Source: Candidatus Zixiibacteriota bacterium (lineage in GTDB: Bacteria > RBG-13-66-14 > B26-G2 > WVWN01). Taken from it: DNA of 64,000 nucleotides. The notes below the pieces were generated by a model. It saw only the letters and a list, made by a program, of their open reading frames with translations, did no database searches and had not been told where the DNA came from. Location of the stretch: contig JASFLY010000001.1 of assembly GCA_050117845.1 (NCBI GenBank), positions 256,001-320,000 on the forward strand, given 5' to 3'. Below, in pieces: positions 55,477-64,000 of this stretch. The position numbers and the translations under genes were made by a program. Position 1 is the stretch's first letter. Each line of letters starts with the position of its first letter.

Positions 55477-57714
55477 TCACCACCCCATCGCGCGGAGGCG
55501 GGCGAGGTTGGCCTGGATCTCCCGCGAGTCCGGCGCGATGCGGGCCGCGCGCTCCAGCTCCATCCGCGCCTCGGTGTACCGGCCCCGATCGATAAGCGCG
55601 AGCGCGTACGCGTTGTACAACCGCACGTCGTTGTAGTCGTGGACGTTCTCGGCGAGGACCTTGAAGGCGTCCTCCTCCCGTCCTTCCGTCCGATATATCC
55701 GCGCCAGCATCAGGACCGTATCCGGGTCGTTGTACCCTATCTCCAGCACGCGCTCCAGCTTCTCCCGGGCGGCCTCGACGTCCCCCCGGGCCAGGTAGAT
55801 GCCCGCCAGGAGGCGGTGGGTCTTGGCGTCGTGGGGCTTGAGGGCCACGGCGCGCAGGGCGTGGACCTCCGCCTCGTCGAGGTCCCCCTCGGCCTGCGCG
55901 ATCATGGCCAGCAGCGCGTGCGCCATGTATGTATTGTGGTCGGCGACCCGGGCCTCCAGGGCCGCCTCGGCCGCGGCCCGGCCCGCCTCGTAATCCCCCT
56001 GGTCGAAATACCACCGGGCCAGGTTGACGTGCGGCATCGGGAGCTCGGGCGCGAGTTCGGCGTCTTTTTTATAGTAGTACTCCGCCCGCTCGGCGTCGCC
56101 GCGGTACTCGAAGAAGAAGGCCCGGTACTCCCACAGGCTAAGGGCGATTTCCGCCCCGGACGAAGGCCGCCCCGGCTCGAAATGGCTTCCCGCCAATAAC
56201 GCCTCCGACGCCGCCAGCGCCGCGGCGTCTCCCGGCCCCACGTCCTCGGGGCCGGTCTCGCGGCCCGTCAACTCCAGGACGAACCCGGTAGGCCGGCCGG
56301 TCCGGCAGAATTCCCGCCGCCCGTGGGTCTGATAAACAAAGAAGTAATCGGCGAACGCGGGACGCGACCCGGCCTCGTGCCGCAACAGGCCGGCCAGCTT
56401 GTCGATGTCGAACCGCTCGTCGTTCAGGTTGTAGAGCTCGACGTCGGGCCGCCGGCCCAACGTGTACTGCTGGTACCAGTAGAGGAAATTGGACGTCGTC
56501 GTCCCCGAGGCGTACATTCCCTCGTAGCCGACCGGCGCCACGATAGCCCGGCAATAATAGGATAGGAAGTCGCCGGCGCGCCGCTGTTTGGGCCATTCGG
56601 TCGCCAGCGCGAAGACGGCCGCGACGGCCGCCGCCGCCATCGCCGCCCAGCGCAGCTTCCCGCCCAGGGCCCGGAAAAGCGTCGCCGCCCCCACGGCCCC
56701 GCACGCGAAGGTCAGAGCGACGAACGGCAGCTGGTAGCTGACGATGTCCGGGATGTCGTAGAAGATGAGGAAGGCCGCGTTCAGCGCGAGTACCGCCAGA
56801 AGCGCCCCCGCGACGACGCGGGACCGCCGCCCCACGACCCAGGCACCGAGGGGAGCGAGGATGACCAGCGGGCCGCCGCTCCGCCACACCGCCGCGGCGA
56901 GGTCCCGGAGGCGCGCGGCGAAGACCGCCTTGGTAGGGGTTAGGAAATTGTAGGAGAACTGCCGGCCGGTCGCATGGACGTAGACGGAATCCAGGTCGGG
57001 CAGGCCGGACCAGCTCCAGGTGAGAGGGGGGCCCGCCGCCGCCCGCAGCGGGAGGTAGAGAATGAACGAGAGGCCGAGCAGCCAGGCCCCGGCCGCCCAC
57101 GCCACGGTCCGCAGCGGCGGCCGGAGCCCCCCCCCAAAGCACATTAATACCACAAAGACGTATGCAAAGACTGTGAGGTGGACGCCGGCCGCCAGGCCGC
57201 CGAAGAACGCTGCCGCTATAAAGAAGCGGCCGTCGCCCGGGTGCCGCCGCGCCGCGTCCGCCAGCAGCAGTACGCCGAACAACAACGCCGCCGCCGCGCC
57301 GTAGACCTCGACCGACGTCGCCTCCAACCAGGCCGCCGGCGTCGCCGCGAAGAGGAGCCCCAGAAGGACGGCGAAGGGCCCCAGGGCCGGGCGCTTCGCG
57401 TCTTCGCCCTCCGCCTGCCGGTACACCCACAGCGCCAGGAACGCGGGGGCGAGCGCCACGACGAGCGCGTTCGTAAGGTCCGCCACGGCGGCAGCCCACG
57501 CCGCGGGCGTTAGCAATAGCGGGAGGCCGAGGATTTGCAGGTAGACGGGGTACCCCGTGGGGTGGGCGATGCCCAGCACCGAGGCCGCCGCCACGAAGTC
57601 GCCCCAGTCGCTCCCGCCGGGAGCCCTGGCGGCCGAGGCCAGGTAGAGCGCCGCGGCCAGGACGTAGGTCCCGGCGAACACGACGAAAGCGGGGGTAGGC
57701 CGCCGCTTGCTCAC
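55477..57714 (-). CDS. DUF2723 (TMEM260-like) membrane protein with TPR repeats
   Basis: DWGDF...LGIAHPTGYP, EVY, YLPLRA, TPR tail. Confidence 0.82.
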   Translation of the reverse strand: MSKRRPTPAFVVFAGTYVLAAALYLASAARAPGGSDWGDFVAAASVLGIAHPTGYPVYLQILGLPLLLTPAAWAAAVADLTNALVVALAPAFLALWVYRQAEGEDAKRPALGPFAVLLGLLFAATPAAWLEATSVEVYGAAAALLFGVLLLADAARRHPGDGRFFIAAAFFGGLAAGVHLTVFAYVFVVLMCFGGGLRPPLRTVAWAAGAWLLGLSFILYLPLRAAAGPPLTWSWSGLPDLDSVYVHATGRQFSYNFLTPTKAVFAARLRDLAAAVWRSGGPLVILAPLGAWVVGRRSRVVAGALLAVLALNAAFLIFYDIPDIVSYQLPFVALTFACGAVGAATLFRALGGKLRWAAMAAAAVAAVFALATEWPKQRRAGDFLSYYCRAIVAPVGYEGMYASGTTTSNFLYWYQQYTLGRRPDVELYNLNDERFDIDKLAGLLRHEAGSRPAFADYFFVYQTHGRREFCRTGRPTGFVLELTGRETGPEDVGPGDAAALAASEALLAGSHFEPGRPSSGAEIALSLWEYRAFFFEYRGDAERAEYYYKKDAELAPELPMPHVNLARWYFDQGDYEAGRAAAEAALEARVADHNTYMAHALLAMIAQAEGDLDEAEVHALRAVALKPHDAKTHRLLAGIYLARGDVEAAREKLERVLEIGYNDPDTVLMLARIYRTEGREEDAFKVLAENVHDYNDVRLYNAYALALIDRGRYTEARMELERAARIAPDSREIQANLARLRAMGW

Positions 57715-60272
57715 GGGCCGGCCTCCGGCTCGGCCGAGCCGTATTTATCGAGGAGCGCGGCGAAGGCGGGCAACCCGCGGCAGCTTTCGAGGTCGGCGTC
57801 CTCCGCGGCCATGGGGACGTAGCGGCCGGCGTCGAGCGCGAGCGCCGCCTCGAGGTGGACCATCGCTTCGTCGGTCCGGCCTTCCCGGGCGCGAATGCAT
57901 GCGAGGTTATAGTGCGCCTTGGCGTCGACCGGGTAAAGCGCCAGGCCGGCCTCGAAGTCCGCGGCCGCGGCCGTCGTCTCGCCCAGCCTCAGGTAACAAA
58001 CGCCCCGGGCGGTGTACGTCCCGGCGGAGGCCGGATTCAACTCGACGGCCCGGCTAAATGCTTCGACGGCGGACCGATAGTCACCGGCGGCTTCGTACGT
58101 CAAACCCAACTCCCACCAGAACTCGGCCTCTCCCCCGTACATCTCCCGCGCCGCCTCGAAAGCCGCGAGCGCTTTGTCCACCTCTCCCTCTTCCCGAAGG
58201 ATGATACCGGCCACGTAGCCAGCCTCTCCCGCGTCGGCCCCTTCGAGCGACTCCGCGATTTCCGCCGCCTCGTCGCCCCGGCCGGCCGCGAATAGGGCCC
58301 GGGCGAGGCGCGCCTTCAAGTTATTGTTGTCCGGCGCCAGGGCCAGGGCCTCCCGGTAGTATTCCACCGCCGTCTCCGGTTGCCCCTTGAGCAGGTAAAT
58401 GGCGCCGAGGTTCTGGTAGCCGTTGAAGTCGTCCGGCACGAGGCGGACGTAAGATTTGAACAATTCCTCCTGCGGGCCGATGATTCCCCGTCGCGCCAGG
58501 TGGCCGCTCAGGCCCGAATAATACACGGCCACGATGCTTTTGAAAAACGGATCGCGAAGTTCCCCCGGCCCCTCCCGCTCGACGTAAGACGTTACGTCGA
58601 GTAAGGCGTTCACGCTGGCCGCGGTGCGGCGCCTCATCTCCTCCGGCGGCGGCTGTTCCGTCACGACCTCCAATACGATATCGTAGGGCACGATATAGCG
58701 GGTCAACTTCGTGGCGGGGTCGCCCAGACCCCAGAACATGGGCCGTCGGCCGGCGTTGTCCGCGATTATCCCGGCGATAATTTCGGGGAGGATGAAGTCG
58801 TCGCTCTTCGAGAAAACGATTCCTTCGCCCGAATAATCGCCCCGGGCCACCGCCCGCTCGGCGATGGCGTAAATGCTATCCTCCTCGGGCAACGTCACGT
58901 CGGGGTAACGCCGGGCGAGCGACGATATATACCCCCGTCCCGAAAGGCGGATCTGATCGATTACGACGACGTCCGGCCGGTAGCGCCGAACGTAAACGTT
59001 GTACCAGGTCGTAAAGGTGTTAGTGTCGCCGCTGGGGAAGAGAATAGCCCGGGCGGGAAGGGCGGCCAGCAGGCGCCGGCTGTAGGTCTCGGCGAAGATG
59101 AAATTCCGGCGGTGGCCGTACGGCGCGTTAACGGCGAAGGCCCACGCGGCCGCGCCGAGGACCAAGGCCGCGACGACCGCCGTCCCGACGGCACGCCATG
59201 CCCCGGCCTTGCGGACGGAATACGAGGCCGCGGCGCCCCCGCCGACCGCCGCCAGAAGCGCCGCGGCGAAATGGGCGGGGATAAAATAGTAATATATATC
59301 CGGGATGGAATAGACCGCACAATACGCGAGGTGGCCGACGAAGTAGAGGACGACGGCCGCGGCGACCAGCCGCATGCGCTTCGCCCATAACGCCGCCACC
59401 CCCGCGGCGGCCAGGACGACCGCCGGCGTCACGTTCGCGAGCGCCGACTCGCCGTAAACGCCCAGCGCCGCCCGGGCGCCGGCGATCCCCTCGTTCCAGA
59501 AGTTGCCCCGATACTGAAAACCCGTGAGGTGCGCGAACGCAGAATCCAACGTGGACGGGTCGTTCCAGTTGAAGATGGGTTTCCCCGCGGCCCGGATGGG
59601 CGTATAGAGGTTAACGCTGATCCCGAGGAGGAAAAGGACCGCCGCGAACGGCAACGCCCGGGCCAGAGGCCGCGCCTTCTCCCGCCCCGGCCAGGCCGCG
59701 AGCGCCGCCACGGGGAAGACCAGGACGGCCGTCATATGGTTCGCGAGCGCGAGGCCGCCCGCCAGTACCAAAAAGTACAGGTCCCGGGCGCCGCCCGTCC
59801 GCCGGAGGCGCAGGGCCAGCCATATAAGAACCGCCCAGAACGCCGCGTTAAGCGCGTAGACCTCGGCCAGCGTCGAGACCGACCACAACGTCCTGCCCGC
59901 CAGCGCCAGGACGCCCGCCGCCGCCACCACGGCCGCCCGTGCCGCCGGCCGCAGTTCCGACTGCCGCGCCAACTCGCCGGCCGCGAGCGCCAGAAAAGCC
60001 GCCGCCGCCGCCCCGGCCGCCGCCGAAACCAGGTTGACTAAAATCGCTTTGTCGCCCAGGGGGAAGAACGTGAAGAGTTGGCCCAGGAGGGAGTACAACG
60101 GATATCCGGTCGGGTGCGCCACCCCCAGCGTACTCGCCGCGCCGAGGAACTCGCCCGAGTCGAGGATGGATAGGCCCGGCGATGCCCCGGCCGCGTACAG
60201 CGCGAAACCCCCGAAGAAAATGGCCCATGGAAGGGCCGAGGGGAGGAACGTCCAGGTGTTTTTTTCCGGCAT
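57711..60272 (-). CDS. DUF2723 (TMEM260-like) membrane protein with TPR repeats
   Basis: DSGEF...LGVAHPTGYPLY, AEVYALN, GDTNTF, RPDV, TPR tail. Start at MPEKN. Confidence 0.85.
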   Translation of the reverse strand: MPEKNTWTFLPSALPWAIFFGGFALYAAGASPGLSILDSGEFLGAASTLGVAHPTGYPLYSLLGQLFTFFPLGDKAILVNLVSAAAGAAAAAFLALAAGELARQSELRPAARAAVVAAAGVLALAGRTLWSVSTLAEVYALNAAFWAVLIWLALRLRRTGGARDLYFLVLAGGLALANHMTAVLVFPVAALAAWPGREKARPLARALPFAAVLFLLGISVNLYTPIRAAGKPIFNWNDPSTLDSAFAHLTGFQYRGNFWNEGIAGARAALGVYGESALANVTPAVVLAAAGVAALWAKRMRLVAAAVVLYFVGHLAYCAVYSIPDIYYYFIPAHFAAALLAAVGGGAAASYSVRKAGAWRAVGTAVVAALVLGAAAWAFAVNAPYGHRRNFIFAETYSRRLLAALPARAILFPSGDTNTFTTWYNVYVRRYRPDVVVIDQIRLSGRGYISSLARRYPDVTLPEEDSIYAIAERAVARGDYSGEGIVFSKSDDFILPEIIAGIIADNAGRRPMFWGLGDPATKLTRYIVPYDIVLEVVTEQPPPEEMRRRTAASVNALLDVTSYVEREGPGELRDPFFKSIVAVYYSGLSGHLARRGIIGPQEELFKSYVRLVPDDFNGYQNLGAIYLLKGQPETAVEYYREALALAPDNNNLKARLARALFAAGRGDEAAEIAESLEGADAGEAGYVAGIILREEGEVDKALAAFEAAREMYGGEAEFWWELGLTYEAAGDYRSAVEAFSRAVELNPASAGTYTARGVCYLRLGETTAAAADFEAGLALYPVDAKAHYNLACIRAREGRTDEAMVHLEAALALDAGRYVPMAAEDADLESCRGLPAFAALLDKYGSAEPEAGP

Positions 60273-60274
60273 CC

Positions 60275-62398
60275 CTATTGCGCCCGGGAATAGAAGTCGT
60301 ACCGGACCGGTTTGTTGTACGAGAGGTCGTCGCCGAGCGTTTCCAGGCTTATCCGTAGCGTACCGTCGGCGACGTGCCGGCGCGAGATGGCGAAGAAGCC
60401 GTCCACGTACGCGTCGGCCGAGACCGGCGCCACTTCCCAAGTGCCGGCGCTGGCGCCGTTGACGTGGACTTCCGCGCGGTACGGCGGGTCGCAACGCACC
60501 ACGGCGACGACGTCGCGGCCTGCCGGGACGTTTACGGTGAACTCCTCGACGCCGCAGACGGTGCGGCCGGCCTCGAAGACCTTCTCGTCACGGCCCCATA
60601 GCGGCTTCAGTTCACAGAAGGCCGAAAGGGTGTTCGCGGCCCGCCGCCGGAGGCGATACCCGTGGGCCTCCTCCGACGCGAAGTTGGCCACGTCCACGCC
60701 GCCCTCCCGGACGAATCCCTCCAACTGGGCCGCGCCGGGGGGCGGCGGGGTTTCGAACACTTCCGGGACGAAGCGGGCCACGGACATTACCTGGCCGCCG
60801 GCCATAGTGGTCGCGAAGAGCCGGCCCGTGTACTCCGGCGGCTCCACCGCACGCGATTCGTCGAACGCGTATACGTCGAAATAACCGACGAAATAGTCGC
60901 CCACCCGGCCCCGCTCCCGGACGAACTCGGCGCTGCCGCCCAGGCCCAGGTTGCCGTAGCTCCAGCCGTCCCGCGTTACCAGACCCTCCAGGTCGACGAC
61001 GCGGTGCTCGCCGTAATAGGCCAGCGCGCCCACGTCGTGGGTGAAGATGCTGGCCCTCGGCGGAACGTTCTCCCGGATGTGCGACGCGACGGCGATATGC
61101 TGGAAGCGAATGTCGCGGCCGGACATGCCGAAGGCCACGCAGAAATACGCGGAGGACAACAGGCCGAAGACGAGGAAGTACGACGCGCCGGTCCAGAACA
61201 TCGCGTCGTGGCTGATGGAGGGACGGCCGTAGCGGATAAGCTGGGCCAGGCCGTCGATCCCGCCCATTATGCCGATCACGAAGAACGGGAAGTAGGGCGC
61301 GATGTAGCGGGCGAAGTGCCGGGGAAAAGGCAGCGCGATGCAGGCCGCGGCCACGCCCGCCAGGAAAACGACGCCCGCCGCGAAGCCGGCCGACGGCATG
61401 CGGTTCTGCCACGACTTGCGGGCCGCCCGGCCCCAACCCACCAAAAAGAACGCGAGCGCCAACGGCGCGAAGAAGTTCGCGCCGGCGTACGGCGTGTTGG
61501 CGTTCAGGAAGGCCCGGAGGTAAAGGCCGTCGAGGCCGGAGAGGATGCTCTTGACGACGTATATCGTGAAGCCCAGAATGGCGGCTACGCGCATGGCCCA
61601 CGGCTGGCCGCCGTGGTTCAATATCGACTTCGAGAGGAAGCTCGCCGAACCCAGGTGCCCGCCGACGAGGTAGTTCACCAGGAAATAAAGCGGCACCGGC
61701 GCGAGGCCCAACAGGACGAGCCACCGGCGCCGGGGAAGCGGCGGCGGGGCCTTGCCGGAATTATTATTGGAGTTGTTCGGCTCCCGGCCTATGAGGGATA
61801 TGACCGCCAGGATAGCGGCGGCGCCGATGCCCTCCGGCCGGGCCAGCGTCAGCACCGCCAACGCGACGATGAACATCGCCAGGCGGCCGTACTCGCGGTA
61901 ATGGATATAGGCGAAGAGGGCGAAGAGGAGCGCGCCCATATAGAGGCCGGCGTCCATGCCCCCCAGCGCGTGGAAGGTTATGGGCCCCGTGGTCGCGAAG
62001 ATACAGGTGGAGGGGAAGACGTATCGCCCCTCGAAGAGGTGCCGGGCGATGCGGGCGAAGAGCCAGATGCTGAACCCGTAGAGGACGACGTTGAGGCTGA
62101 AGGCCGCCCACACCAGCGAATCGGCCCCCCGGAATATGAGGGCCAGCGGCGTGAGTAGCAACAGGTATAAATAGGAGGTTACGCCGGTGGTGGCCGCGTC
62201 GCCGACGTTGTAGACCAACGGATGGCCGGCGGCGAAGTTGCGCGCGTAGTGAAGGAAGATGTAAGCGTCGTCGAGCGGCAGCGTCAGCTTGCCGTCGGTG
62301 AAGTAGAGGTTGATATATATGTAGATGGCGCCGCTGGCGAGGGCCAGGGCGGCGGAGAGGGGAATTAAAAAAACGTCGTAACGCCGACGCCATTCCAT
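60275..62398 (-). CDS. GT-C-like polytopic membrane glycosyltransferase
   Basis: PLDDAYIFLHYARN, TGVTS, GMD, RPEG, DVGALAY, DLEGL. Confidence 0.75.
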   Translation of the reverse strand: MEWRRRYDVFLIPLSAALALASGAIYIYINLYFTDGKLTLPLDDAYIFLHYARNFAAGHPLVYNVGDAATTGVTSYLYLLLLTPLALIFRGADSLVWAAFSLNVVLYGFSIWLFARIARHLFEGRYVFPSTCIFATTGPITFHALGGMDAGLYMGALLFALFAYIHYREYGRLAMFIVALAVLTLARPEGIGAAAILAVISLIGREPNNSNNNSGKAPPPLPRRRWLVLLGLAPVPLYFLVNYLVGGHLGSASFLSKSILNHGGQPWAMRVAAILGFTIYVVKSILSGLDGLYLRAFLNANTPYAGANFFAPLALAFFLVGWGRAARKSWQNRMPSAGFAAGVVFLAGVAAACIALPFPRHFARYIAPYFPFFVIGIMGGIDGLAQLIRYGRPSISHDAMFWTGASYFLVFGLLSSAYFCVAFGMSGRDIRFQHIAVASHIRENVPPRASIFTHDVGALAYYGEHRVVDLEGLVTRDGWSYGNLGLGGSAEFVRERGRVGDYFVGYFDVYAFDESRAVEPPEYTGRLFATTMAGGQVMSVARFVPEVFETPPPPGAAQLEGFVREGGVDVANFASEEAHGYRLRRRAANTLSAFCELKPLWGRDEKVFEAGRTVCGVEEFTVNVPAGRDVVAVVRCDPPYRAEVHVNGASAGTWEVAPVSADAYVDGFFAISRRHVADGTLRISLETLGDDLSYNKPVRYDFYSRAQ

Positions 62399-62472
62399 AA
62401 CGGCGGCATTCTAGCACGGCGGCCGGAGGGTGTCAACGTCTTAGGCGGGCCGGCCGGGGCGGAAGCGGGAAC

Positions 62473-62998
62473 GTAGCCGGCGGCCGTAAAGGCCGCCGTT
62501 TCGAGACATAATGAGCGTTGCGCCCCTACCGTGTACGCCCCTACCGTTCGGCGCTTACGTTCCGAACGTCGGACGGTAACATCCAACGCCATAGCGGGTA
62601 GGACCACCGGCATTCCCGTGTCGGTGATTATTTAACCGCTCCGGCCGCCGCTACCCGGCGGCCTCCGCGGCCTCCGGGCGCCTCCTCGCAGGCTGCGGGG
62701 TCGCCCTCCGGTAACTGATTAAACGTAGGGGCAGGCCTTCGGTTTAGCGAGGGCGACATTCCCGGGGGCGGATTGGGGGAATTGGGGGGGGTGGGGCCGA
62801 CATTCCTGTCGGCCGGAAATTCCCTTTACGTAAGGGCCGACCTTCAATAGACAGGGGGCTTAAGCCCCCTGTCCGACCCGTCCGACGCCGCCTCATCGTG
62901 GATTACTTCTATAATCCGCTACCTTCAAGTGTTAGCAGGCGTGCCACCGGCATTCCTGCCGGTGAACTTAAAAACAAAAACCGCCCTCGCGGGCGGCG
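62473..62998. repeat. Dense cluster of REP-like palindromes
   Basis: Examples: GGCGGCCGTAAAGGCCGCC, CGCCCCTAC twice, GGCCGACATTCCTGTCGGCC, GACAGGGGGCTTAAGCCCCCTGTC (62850-62873), CACCGGCATTCCTGCCGGTG. Confidence 0.7.
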
Positions 62999-63020
62999 CG
63001 ATAATCCCTGCGTTTCGCTA

Positions 63021-63734
63021 TTAACGATAAAGGCTTTTTATCTTCCCCATCGACGCCGGGTCCACGCCGACGACGCCGATGTCTATCTGGTACGCCCGCG
63101 GGTATACGTGGATCCAAAGATAATTGCCGTCGAATGTCGTTCCGGTAGGATAACCGACTCCGGGCACCGGGAAACTCTGGATAAAGGACCCGTTCGTCGT
63201 AATCTGTTTATTCCCCGACCATAAGTAATGGCCGTCCCACGCCATATCACGGACCCCGCCGAAAATAAAGAAAGTCGATATAATCGAACCGGTAGTCGTG
63301 TACTTGGTGTTATTACACCAGATGCCGTCATTCTCCCACGCAAGGCCAGCGATATTGAAGGTATACGCCTCGAAACCGCCCACGGCCGAGCCGGTAGTCG
63401 TAACGCGATTAACGGAAGCGCGGTCGTAACCCGGTACGTGGTACGAATACCAGAGATACATACCGTCCCAGGCCGCGCCCTCGGCGTAATTGTAAGTAGG
63501 CCCAATTCCGAATAACGATACGACCGACCCTTCCGTCGTCAAACTAACAAAAGCGTCGGTCGGCGACCCGCAGCTCCATAGGTAATCGCCGTCCCACGCC
63601 AATCCCTCACAACAATTAGTTTCGGGAGGCATCTCGAACGACGAGATAACGTCGCCGAAGGCGCCCCAGGATAAAACGGCGCCCACGGTTCCCAGCAATA
63701 GGAACGCGGCGCCGACGAGGTCGCAGATTTTCAT
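63021..63734 (-). CDS. Secreted protein with WDG.YLW repeats and a conserved C-terminal motif
   Basis: Signal peptide, repeated G.AWDG.YLW, GGAGG ribosome-binding site, ends VDPASMGKIKSLYR. Confidence 0.8.
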   Translation of the reverse strand: MKICDLVGAAFLLLGTVGAVLSWGAFGDVISSFEMPPETNCCEGLAWDGDYLWSCGSPTDAFVSLTTEGSVVSLFGIGPTYNYAEGAAWDGMYLWYSYHVPGYDRASVNRVTTTGSAVGGFEAYTFNIAGLAWENDGIWCNNTKYTTTGSIISTFFIFGGVRDMAWDGHYLWSGNKQITTNGSFIQSFPVPGVGYPTGTTFDGNYLWIHVYPRAYQIDIGVVGVDPASMGKIKSLYR

Positions 63735-63835
63735 TTATCCTCCCTGATATTAATTATCCTCTTTATTACCCTGCCGCGCATAGTTTAGCCAATAAAATGT
63801 TGTTTGTCAATAAAGAAGATTAATACCTTGTTTTT

Positions 63836-63990
63836 GGCCGGCAAGAATGCCGGCCCCACCGGCCATACGCCCCCATGAACGCCGATTCGGCCGCGGGGCG
63901 GGGTCGTAGGGGCCGGTCTTCAGACCGGCCCACCTTACGTTTCTATTCATATGTCGGTCTCGGAGGCACGGCCTAAAGACCGCGCCCTAC
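63836..63990. repeat. REP-like palindromes (GTAG type)
   Basis: GGCCGGCAAGAATGCCGGCC, GTAGGGGCCGGTCTTCAGACCGGCCC, and an inverted partner ending GCGCCCTAC. Confidence 0.65.
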
Positions 63991-64000
63991 GTTAAAATAA

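Noticed and set aside
142..62417. Many long overlapping or antisense ORFs (e.g. 142-930, 2489-3799, 26495-27940, 39347-40960, 60662-62158)
   Set aside because: Arg/Gly/Pro-rich shadow frames of real genes, as expected in high-GC DNA.
62400..63020. tRNA (including tRNA-Sec) or another structured RNA gene in the long intergenic regions
   Set aside because: No cloverleaf or T-loop/CCA pattern was recognisable by eye, and the hairpins match dispersed repeat families. tRNAscan-SE or Infernal would be decisive.
1..64000. Genome-wide TGA reassignment (code 4 or 25)
   Set aside because: TGA ends conserved genes at their expected C-termini (folD, xseB, hypE after PRIC, hypC, comEC).

Overview
High-GC window from a probably diderm, anaerobic bacterium using standard genetic code 11 (TGA ends many ordinary genes). 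Left part: dxs-ispA-xseB-xseA-folD-NtrC-like operon, menA, MFS transporter, serS, yebC, a small AT-rich island, comEC, tlpA and a nucleotide-sugar dehydrogenase. Centre (19.2-44.8 kb, minus strand): a ~25 kb energy-metabolism cluster. It encodes DRTGG and GHKL-kinase regulators, hdrC, hdrB, an hdrA split in two by an inserted nuoEFG/hydCBA-like module, a second tandem-module hdrA, three mvhD, two FdhB/FrhB-like genes, mvhG, two near-identical mvhA [NiFe] large subunits, a maturation protease, hypFCDEAB, a glutaredoxin and a ferredoxin:disulfide reductase. Main result: the upstream mvhA has an in-frame TGA plus a SECIS-like hairpin at the second Cys of the N-terminal RxCxxC motif. That is a Ni-Fe bridging ligand, not the C-terminal terminal ligand used by characterised [NiFeSe] enzymes. 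A Cys-only twin follows it behind an intrinsic terminator. An unannotated 91-aa membrane ORF with an in-frame TGA-TGC (UC) and a hairpin lies divergent to the cluster and is a second selenoprotein candidate. Right part: NHL protein, rtcB, two outer-membrane barrels, a GlcF-like protein, a RAYT remnant with REP-like palindromes, an AT-rich IetAS-type AAA-ATPase/subtilase island and GT-C/DUF2723-TPR membrane proteins. No sel genes, tRNAs, rRNAs or CRISPR arrays were seen.
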